Of a DNA stretch of 29,055 bases, positions 11,270-20,193 are shown piece by piece. The stretch comes from Octopus sinensis (Eukaryota), in NCBI RefSeq assembly GCF_006345805.1, contig NW_021832951.1, forward strand, positions 1 through 29,055. The letters are read 5' to 3'. The notes beneath the pieces were generated by a model. It was not told the DNA's origin. It worked only from the letters and a program-made list of their open reading frames with translations, and ran no database searches. Made by a program: the position numbers and the translations under genes. Within the stretch, counting starts at the first letter, position 1; each line of letters begins with the position of its first letter.

Positions 11270-12233
11270 CAGAAATCAAGCCACTCCAACTTGGAGCAAA
11301 TTTTTGACAAAATGACCAGTTAGCTAATCTCCACAAAAAAATGGATCTTATGTTTGTTGGCAGTTTGAAGATTTTAACTTTGATTCAAAGTAAGTGACGA
11401 TTTAAGACAAAGACGAATGCTATCGACATTAGTTTCTTTTGGAATCACTTGCAACTCTGGCAACACGATTACTACTCTTCCTCTTTGAGATCTATTCAAG
11501 CAATTCCTAAAATGTCCCGGTAAAATATTTCCAGAAATTTTGCGCTTTCTTATCAGACAATCATTTAACATTTTTAAGAACTTGTCAGGTCACAGTATAA
11601 ATCTAAGTAGAGACTTCAAACTTGGAATCTTCAAAGCCACAGTCGAACTAATTCTACTATATGGCTCAGAAACCTGGACGTTATCAAAGAAGCTTGAGAG
11701 GCGGTTGGATGGAACCTACACTCTCCTCCTTATGCGAGCTCAAAATCTCTTGTGGAAGCGTCATCCAACCAAAATGCAAATATATGGGAAACTACCACCT
11801 GTGTCATCTCTTGTGAAAGGTAGGAGAGTCCAGTTTGCTGGACATTGTTGTAGAGCTGAAAACGAGACTATTCCTACTCTTCTCCTCTGGAAGCCATCTA
11901 CTCGCGATACCAGAGGGCGCACACTCACCTACCCTGATGTAATCTCCAGGGATACAGGCATCCAGCAACAGGACCTCCGTAATGCTATGATGGACCGTAA
12001 AGTCTGGCGTAGTATGGTAAATTCTATTGTTTCGACCACGGTCGAACAATGATGATGATGATGATAAATGAATTATTTCTACCTAAAACCAAGAGGAACC
12101 TGAAATCAGAACGTGCTGCACGGTCCTAGGTTCGAGTGTGCCAGAAATATCTGAAGACATAACTTCAGTAGCGGTGCCTTCATGTTCACAGATTTTAGTA
12201 AATTATTGACGGAACTGGAATATTTTTCTACTT
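11270..12233 (-). pseudogene. Fossil Helitron RepHel PIF1-like helicase fragment, interrupted by an RTE insertion
   Basis: Hand translation across stops and frameshifts gives GSRKIF..KI...EGTATEVMSSDISGTL..RT..STF.FQVPL (Walker A to motif Ia) right of the RTE. Left of it: VIPKETNVDSIRLCLKSS..VKIFKLPTNIR..FVKNLLQVG. Motif order and spacing match Helitron helicases. Confidence 0.7.
11603..12063 (+). mobile_element. 5'-truncated RTE-clade LINE (C-terminal part of ORF, downstream of the RT domain)
   Basis: Open frame to the stop at 12052: KLGIFKATVELILLYGSETWTL..RRVQFAGHCCR..RGRTLTYPDVISRDTG..AMMDRKVWR. (TGA)n tail. 6-bp TSD ATAAAT at 11597-11602 and 12064-12069. Confidence 0.92.
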
Positions 12234-12237
12234 CCAC

Positions 12238-12399
12238 GGCGCAGGAGTGGCTGTGTGGTAAGTAGCTTGCTAACCAACCACATGGTTCCGGGTTCAGTCC
12301 CACTGCGTGGCATCTTGGGCAAGTGTCTTCTGCTATAGCCTCGGGCCGACCAAAGCCTTGTGAGCGGATTTAGTAGACAGAAACTGAAAGAAGCTCGTC

Positions 12400-12445
<46 letters not shown>

Positions 12446-12782
12446 GTGTGCTTGTTGTCTGTGTTTGTCCCCTAGCATTGCTTGACAACCGATGCTGGTG
12501 TGTTTACGTCCCCGTCACTTAGCGGTTCGGCAAAAGAGAGACCGATAGAATAAGTACTGGGCTTACAAAAAGAATAAGTCCTGGGGTCGATTTGCTCGAC
12601 TAAAGGCGGTGCACCAGCATGGCCACAGTCAAAGGACTGAAACAAGTAAAACAGTAAAAGAGAATAAGTAGAATAAGTACTAGGTTTACAAAGAATAAGT
12701 CCTGGGATCGATATGCTCGACTAAAGGCGGTGCTCCAGCATGGCCACAGTCAAATGACTGAAACAAGTAAAAGAAAGTAAAG
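12238..12782 (+). mobile_element. SINE family D, full length, plus a second tail-only copy (12669-12782)
   Basis: Aligns with the other D copies; the tail segment GAATAAGTAC...AAGTAAAAG is present twice. Confidence 0.9.
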
Positions 12783-13104
12783 GGAATCAAAGGAAACGAA
12801 CCCTAAGTTATTGCTGCCAAACCACGTGGAAAATAGCTCACTGGATTGTCTTGTAGCCTGTAATGAGTTTCGTTTCACTGTCAATGATGCAAGAAAATTT
12901 ATGGGTCAGCATTATATGATGCTTTTTACATCACTTCTATTGTTATTAGGATGTGTTGGGTGTGTGTGGGTGGGGGCGGTGTATTTGTGTATATGTATGA
13001 GTGTGTCTGTATGGGTGTGCGAGCGCTTCGATGTCACACTGCAAAACAAATTCTCAGTATCGACAGCCAGCTAGTTAATTGACTTCGGATGAATGAAGGA
13101 ATGA

Positions 13105-13119
13105 ATATATACACCCACG

Positions 13120-13158
<39 letters not shown>

Positions 13159-13292
13159 TATAATATATAATATATATATACATGCATCATACATACATAC
13201 ATACATACTACATACATACATACATACATACACACATACATACATACTACACACACACACATACATACATACATACATACATACATACACAC

Positions 13293-13327
<35 letters not shown>

Positions 13328-13745
13328 CATACATGCATACATACATACATACATATATACATACATCATACATACATACATGCATACGTACATACACACA
13401 TACACACATACACACATACATACATGCATACACACACAGACATGTATACACACACATACATACATACATACATTCATACATACATACATTCATACAGACA
13501 CATACATACATACATACATACATACATACATACATACATACATACACGCATAGATGCATACTCACATACATACATACATACATACTTAGGTATACACATG
13601 TGTGTGTATATCTGTTTGCGTGTGAGGTCGTTATTTGTGCGTGTATCTATGTATGTAAATATGTATGTATGTGTATGTATGTATGTATGTATGTATGTAT
13701 GTATGTATGTATGCATGCATGTATGTATGTATGTGCGTATGTATG
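13105..13745. repeat. (TA)n + (CATA)n array (13181-13585) followed by an oppositely oriented (TATG)n array (13648-13745)
   Basis: Direct reading. Confidence 0.95.
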
Positions 13746-14159
13746 CTGTCCATATCACTTTCATATTCTCGATGTTTTTGCCCTTGTTCACCATTTAGCT
13801 CTGACAACGAAATGTCGTATGGTACTTATTGATTCTCCATTTAAACGAGCGCCATTGCTATTTATCTTCATTATCAGCTTTTCTCTCATCTTATACACTC
13901 TTTTCTTTTGCTGTTGTGTTCCATCCGTTTGAATGACTGCCATAATCGTATTGTTGGCACAATGTCCAGCATACGGTGGCGTATATGTACGTACGTGTAC
14001 GTATGTGAGTATGTAAGTGTTCGTACATGTCAATCACGTGTAGTAAAATAATACTCAGGATAGGCTGTAGGCATTAATAAAGTAAATTGTTAACAAAGAA
14101 CCTTTATTCATTATGCATAAGGCAATTCGTAAATATATTGTGACAGCACAATATTTACT

Positions 14160-14567
14160 TACACACACATACACACACACATACACACACATGCATACAT
14201 ACACACACACACATACATACACACATACATACATACATACATACACACACATATGCATACATACATACACACACACACGCATACATACATACATACATAC
14301 ATGCATGCATGCATACACACATACATACATACACACACATACATACATACATACATACACACGCATACACATACACATACACATACATACATACATATAT
14401 ACATACAGACATACATACACACACACATACATACATACATACATACATACATACATACACACACATACATGCATACGTACATACACACATACATACATAC
14501 ACACACACACATACATACATACATACATACATACATACATACATACATACAAACATACATACATACA
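14160..14567. repeat. (CATA)n/(CA)n microsatellite
   Basis: Direct reading. Confidence 0.96.
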
Positions 14568-14869
14568 TGTTTGTTCCTTCTCGAGCCATGCCTGGCTCAT
14601 AAGGGCCGATTTCCCGGTTTCCTTGGCGTATAGGTACCCCACCTGGACGGGACGCCGGTCCGTCGCAGGTGATCCGCAAGATTCAGAAGGAAAGAGTGAG
14701 AGAAAGTTGTGGCGAAAGAGTCAGCAGAAGCTTCGTCATTACATTCTGCCGAAGCCGCGTGGAGCTTAGGCGTTTCGCTCATAAACACACATGGCCCGGT
14801 CTGAGATTCGAACCCACGGTCCCTCGACCACGAGTCCGCTGCTCTAACCACTAGGTCATGTGCTTCCAC
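14568..14869 (-). mobile_element. SINE H1-like head + B1 body + T2 tail, inserted in (CATA)n
   Basis: Minus strand GTGGAAGCACATGACCTAGTGGTTAGAGC...GGGTTCGAATCTC...CCTGCGACGGACCGGCGTCCCGTCCAGG...GAAACCGGG. Confidence 0.88.
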
Positions 14870-14881
14870 ACATACATACAT

Positions 14882-15243
14882 ACATATGCTGAATTATTGC
14901 GAGTTCTACAATTACTCTATCCAGATTACAAGTTCAGGTTTATACCTGTAATTATTGGGGGCCTTGTGATATGTAACACACTACTTAAATACCAATCTTG
15001 AGAAATTAGGCCTCACAAAACCAGAAAGGAGAAAGCTAATTCGAAGACTACGGATCCATTTCGTCAGTGGAACTGTAAAAATCTGTGAAACGTTCCAGAA
15101 CTTTATCACATGAATATTTATGAGCATGTCTAGATATGCAACTATATGCATGAGAATATATACATAAAGCAAAACATACAAAGTTGCATATATACATACA
15201 TACATACATACATACATACATACATACATACATACATACATAC

Positions 15244-15274
<31 letters not shown>

Positions 15275-15402
15275 CATACATACATACATACAAAAATACC
15301 CTGTTAGTGATGTTGAAATTCCAATGAAGGATCATTGGATCTAGGTTAGAAACCGGCTCTTTCTCTATTAGCAAGAAATCTTGAAATAAAACTGAACAAT
15401 GA
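14882..15402 (+). mobile_element. 5'-truncated non-LTR retrotransposon of the RLE (restriction-like endonuclease) type: ORF C-terminus + 3' UTR
   Basis: TYAELLRVLQLLYPDYKFRFIPVIIG, then a +1 shift, A L * YVTHYLNTNLEKLGLTKPERRKLIRRLRIHFVSGTVKICETFQNFIT* (stop at 15113). The K-Y-x-E-L...IPVIIGALG...GTVKI pattern is typical of R2/R4/NeSL/HERO-group C-termini; the exact clade is not determined. Confidence 0.75.
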
Positions 15403-15856
15403 CATGTATACACACATGCATGCATGCATAAAAACATACATACATGCATACATACATACATACATACATCATACATACATACATTCATACATACATACAT
15501 ACATACATACATACATGCATGCATACATAACACATACATACATACATACATACATACATACATACATACATACATACATACATGCTACATACATACATAC
15601 ACATACATACATGCATACATACATACATACATACATACATACATACATACATTCATACATACATACATACATACATACATACATACATGCATGCATACAT
15701 ACATACATACATACATACATACATACATACATACATACAAACATACATACATACATACATGCATACATACATACATACATACATACATACATACATACAT
15801 ACATACATACATACATACATACATACATACATACATACATACATTCATACATACAT
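15402..15856. repeat. (CATA)n microsatellite
   Basis: Direct reading. Confidence 0.97.
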
Positions 15857-16112
15857 GAACAAGACATTATAGAAAAGAGTGGAGAATTATACATCTTCAA
15901 AACCCATTTATTACAATATTTATTAATCACATTAAATTTGCTTTAGATTTCAATCCGACACGTGTTTCTGCTGCATAAGTGTCCTAACACCCCTTGACAC
16001 GGCACTTATATGCATTAAGTCAGTTCAGTTGCAGTATATATTCATCAAGGTTAGACGTAGCTATGTTGCTTTATTCAAGGTTGTACTCCTGCGGGTGGGT
16101 GAAGAGAACGGA

Positions 16113-16228
16113 GGTTCTAGGTTGAGTCTCACTTCGTTGCAGTTTGGGCAGGTGTCTTCTACTATAGCCTCGAACCGACCAAAGTCTTGTCAGTGGATTT
16201 GATAGGCGAAAACTGAAAGAAGCCCGTC

Positions 16229-16263
<35 letters not shown>

Positions 16264-16752
16264 TATATATATATATATATATATATAGATATATATATAT
16301 ATATATATACATATATGTATATGTATATATATATATATATTATATATATATATATTATATATATACATATATATATATATATAATGTATATGTGTATATA
16401 TATATATTTAAGTAGGATAAAATTTTTTCGAAAAATTTCATCAATGGCCAGCATATTTAAAAATACGTTTAAAGGTTAAATTTATAAACATATAATTTTT
16501 TTAACATATATATGTATGTATGTATGTATGTATACATTTGTGTGAGTGTGTCTGTGTTTGTGTTTGTCTCCCACTGCCGCTTGACAACCGTTGTTAGTGT
16601 ATATATGTCCCTGTAACTTAGCGGTTTGGCAAGAGAGGCCAATAGAATAAGTACAGATTTTAAAAATAAAAATACTAGGATCCGACTAAATTTCTTCAAT
16701 GCGTGGCCCCATCATGGCCACCGTCTAATGACTGAAACAAGTAAAAGTGAGA
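16113..16752 (+). mobile_element. Diverged, 5'-truncated SINE family D with an expanded internal (TA)n and ~100 bp of extra sequence
   Basis: The 5' part (to AGAAGCCCGTCGT at ~16230) and the 3' part (from TGTGTTTGTCTCCC at ~16560) align with D; the centre is about 330 bp. Confidence 0.8.
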
Positions 16753-16780
16753 GAAAAAGAATAATATATGTATGTATGTA

Positions 16781-16871
16781 AGGAAAGAAAGAAGGAGGAT
16801 TTAACGTTTCGAGCGAAGCTCTTCGTCAGAAACATAGAAAAAGGAAAGATCCAAGGAAGGGAAGACGGAGG

Positions 16872-16873
<2 letters not shown>
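16781..16873 (-). mobile_element. Short fragment carrying a hammerhead motif; probable Penelope-like element end
   Basis: Pyrimidine-rich flanks around a hammerhead core. The PLE assignment is inferred from the known association of minimal type I hammerheads with Penelope-like elements. Confidence 0.5.
16799..16833 (-). ncRNA. Minimal type I hammerhead ribozyme motif
   Basis: Minus strand GUUU-CUGACGA-A-GAGC-UUC-GCUC-GAAACGUU-AAAU: intact core, 4-bp stem II, palindromic ACGU stem III, 4-bp stem I. Confidence 0.7.
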
Positions 16874-16918
<45 letters not shown>

Positions 16919-17381
16919 GAAGAATTAAAATCAAAATGAGGGTGAAAAATTGTATATTAGTTGTAATATCAGTTTAACCATTGGTGTTAAACTGATATAT
17001 ATATATTTACGGTGGCGATGGTGGATATATATATAAACGTGTCTGGGAGTCCGTAGCGGGAGATACCGAGCGGATATGGCTTTTTTTTTTTTTTACGCCT
17101 TTTACCATAAGCGAGAATTTTACCTTTAGAATTTGAAATATGTTACAAAAAACACATGTTAACTAACCCAAAGTTCATATATAGATGTGTGTGTATGTGT
17201 GTATGTACGCGCGCACACAAACGTCTAAATACTCTGTCTCGTGGACGAAGTCTCGTAGACGAAGTCTCGTAAATATGCTCGTGGGTTGACTCTCACAGAT
17301 ACGTAAGCACAGTTTCCCTCTTGTCACAGATGCACGACTTCGTACGAAACTTTCCTCCTACCTCCCTCCCTCCCTCCCTCT

Positions 17382-17675
17382 TTTTAACAATTTCTAGTTA
17401 ACTAAACACTTTTAAACTTCGTATACTGGTAGAATGTGTTTATAAAACATCTTTTTCTCTTGGCTTTATTGAGAAAATTCTATAGTTTGTAAGATATTTG
17501 TTGTTTTTTTTCTTCAATTTCTGCAATTTCCAACCAATCAATGACGTCTATTGAGATGTAAACCATTCTGTGGGTAGTATGAATATGTCCCCTCGTTTAA
17601 GAAACAGATTGGATATATTTACATTTGTGAAGAAAAAAATATACCCTTCCCTCCACATCTAACCCGAACTCTTAT
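17382..17675 (+). mobile_element. Internal portion of the MITE at 19672-20096, lacking both TIRs
   Basis: Near-identical to ~19700-19990 (TAACTAAACACTTTTAAACTTCGTATACTGG...ATACCCTTCC). Confidence 0.85.
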
Positions 17676-17829
17676 CCTCCCTTCGAAAACTACAAAAAAA
17701 AATTAAATAAAACAAACAAATACACACACACACAACAAAACATCTGAAATTCACTGTAAAAATTAATCAAAAATATTAATTAATAATACATCCATATAAA
17801 AATCATCCCTTCTCCTTATTCCTTCCTAT

Positions 17830-18160
17830 ACTCTCTCTCTCCCTCCTCTCTTTCCCTCTTTTTTCACACAAAAGATTCTCAATACATGCTCTCTCTCTCC
17901 CTTTCTCCCACTCTCTCTCCCTCTCTCTCCCTTTCTCCCTCGCTCCCTTCTCTCTCTCTCCCTTTCTCCTTCTCTTTCTTCCTCTCCCCCTCTCTCTCCC
18001 TTTCTCCTTCTCTTTCTTCCTCTTCCCCTCTCTCTCCCTTTCTCTCCTTCTCTTCCACCTCTCTCTCCATTTCTCCCTCTCTTTCTCTCCCTTTCTCCCA
18101 CTTTCTTCCTCTCTCTCCCCCTCTCCCCCTCTCTCCCCTCTCTCTCTCACTCTATCCTCC
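17830..18160. repeat. CT-rich polypyrimidine/polypurine tract with short internal repeats
   Basis: Direct reading; source of the ER/GR-rich ORFs. Confidence 0.9.
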
Positions 18161-18540
18161 ATCTTGTCGCTCTCGTCTCATGTAGTACAAAATCAAAAAA
18201 AAAAAAATAGAGGATTACAAAATAAAAATAAATACATCAATAAATAAACAAATTAATTAATTAATTAATTAAATATTTTGATCATTTCGGAAATTAATTA
18301 ACTTATTTTAGCTGATTAAATAGACTTCGTTAGTTTGACGATAGTTCTTTGTCTTCTCTTACGTAATTCCATTCTCATCTAAGGAGATGCATTGCAGCTA
18401 TATTAAATCATGATTGGTACCTTATTTTAAGGGCCCCATCACTACCACCACCACCACCACCACTAATGAAAGGGCGAGAGACAAAGATAATCCAGGCGGG
18501 ATTTGAACTCAAAACTCTAAACTATTTATGGGATAAATAT

Positions 18541-18953
18541 CTATTTCTTTATTACCCACAAGGGGCTAAACATAGAGGGGACAAACAAGAACAGACATAG
18601 GTATTAAGTCGATTACATCGACCCCAGTGCGTAACTGGTACTTAATTCATCGACCCAGAAAGGATGAAAGGCAAAGTCGACCTCGGCGGAATTTGAACCC
18701 GGAACGTAATGGCAGACGAAATACCTATTTCTTTATTACCCACAAGGGGCTAAACACAGAGGGGACAAACAAGAACAGACATAGGTATTAAGTCGATTAC
18801 ATCGACCCCAGTGCGTAACTGTACTTAATTCATCGACCCAGAAAGGATGAAAGGCAAAGTTGACCTCGGCGGAATTTGAACCCGGAACGTAATGGCAGAC
18901 GAAATACCGCTCAGCATTTCGCCCGGCGTGCTAACATTTCTGCCAGCTCGCCT
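18541..18953 (-). mobile_element. SINE family E: full copy (18725-18953) plus a tandem 5'-truncated duplicate (18541-18724)
   Basis: Two adjacent copies sharing private variants; homologous to 1544-1760. Confidence 0.92.
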
Positions 18954-18957
18954 ATCA

Positions 18958-19200
18958 GTTCCTTCTTGAGCCATGCCAGGTTCATAAGGGCCGGTTTCCC
19001 GGTTTCAGTGGCGTAGAAATTCCCCCACCTGGACGGGACGCCGGTCCGTCGCAGAGTTACTCATTTTTACCAGCTGGACTGGAGCAACGTGAAATGAAGT
19101 GTTTGCCCAAAAACACAACGCGTCGCCCGGTCCCGGAATCGAAACAACAATCTTACAATCATGATGCTGACACCCTAACCACTAAGCTACCCGCCTCCAC
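18958..19200 (-). mobile_element. tRNA-derived SINE: head H2 + CORE-like body B2 + tail T2
   Basis: A box TAGCTTAGTGG, B box GTTTCGATTCC, GTTGTGTTTTTGGGCAAACACTT (CORE-like), tail T2. Confidence 0.88.
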
Positions 19201-19210
19201 GAAATAAATG

Positions 19211-19456
19211 TCCCTTCTTCAGCCATGCCAGGCTCATAAGGGCCGGTTTCCCAGTTTCAGTGGCGCAGAAATTCCCCACCTGGACGGGACGCCGGTCCAT
19301 CGCAGGGTTACTCATTTCTGCCAGCTGAGTGGACTGGAGCAACGTGAAATGAAGTGTTTTGCTCAAGAACATAACGCATCACCCGGTCCAGGAATCGAAA
19401 CCGCAACCTTACGATCATGAGTTCAATACCCTAACCACTAAGCCTCGCACCTCCGC
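19211..19456 (-). mobile_element. SINE H2 + B2 + T2, second copy
   Basis: Aligns over its full length with 18958-19200. Confidence 0.88.
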
Positions 19457-19671
19457 CGATAAACATCGGGACTAGGACGAAAACAAAAAAGAAAGAAAAT
19501 GAATGAATTGCGTAACACGATGATGACCTGTGGTGGTGGCTGAAATATTCCGATATATTGACTGAGTAAGCTGAAGAGCTGGGAGAAAGCAGGCAAGACT
19601 AAAACGTATTCTTGCCGTATTAGCAAAGACGACCCTCACTTCTTCCATCATTGCATTCACTTCTGAATAAA

Positions 19672-20096
19672 GGATCTTTTCGGTTTGACCGGCAGTTTTT
19701 TTTTTAATAATTTCCACGTAACTAAACACTTTTAAACTTCGTATACTGGTAGAATGTGTTTATAAAACATCTTTTTCTCTTGGCTTTATTGAGAAAATTC
19801 TATAGTTTGTAAGATATTTGTTGTTGTTTTTTCTTCAATTTCTGCAATTTCAACCAATCACTGACGTCTATTGAGGTAAAAAAAACATTCTGTGCCGTAT
19901 GAATATGTCCCTCGTTTAAGAAACAGATTGGATTTATTTACATTTGTGAAGAAAAAAAAGATACCCTTCCCCCCACTCCTAACCCTAACCCTAAAACAGA
20001 TTGAAATGCAAGAGATCGATACTAGGGTCATAATTATGGGTGACAATTTCATATGACACCGCCAGAAAAAAACTGTCGTTCAAACCGAAAAGATCC
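19672..20096. mobile_element. Non-autonomous DNA transposon (MITE) with 31-bp TIRs and an 8-bp TSD
   Basis: Left TIR GGATCTTTTCGGTTTGACCGGCAGTTTTTTT; right AAAAAAACTGTCGTTCAAACCGAAAAGATCC (2 mismatches). TSD TGAATAAA at 19664-19671 and 20097-20104. Confidence 0.93.
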
Positions 20097-20193
20097 TGAA
20101 TAAATTTTGATTAATTTTAACCTCGGAGTATTCTATCAGATATTTCTTGACCACATTTAGTTATTTAGATGATGACTATTTTTTTTTACTCTC

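Noticed and set aside
13770-13975. Possible Penelope GIY-YIG C-terminus (EKLIMKINSNGARLNGESISTIRH, minus)
   Set aside because: Only a loose resemblance to EK..I...LN...E..STCRH with no upstream GIY/YIG motifs; it needs a profile search.
16085-16093. Inverted 9-bp piece of the D head (ACTCCTGCG) beside a 5'-truncated D copy, suggesting a twin-priming inversion
   Set aside because: The match does not extend beyond 9 bp, too short to support.
19979-19994. Telomere or interstitial telomeric site (also TTAGGGTTAGAG near 22618)
   Set aside because: Only 2-3 units, and the first lies inside a MITE.
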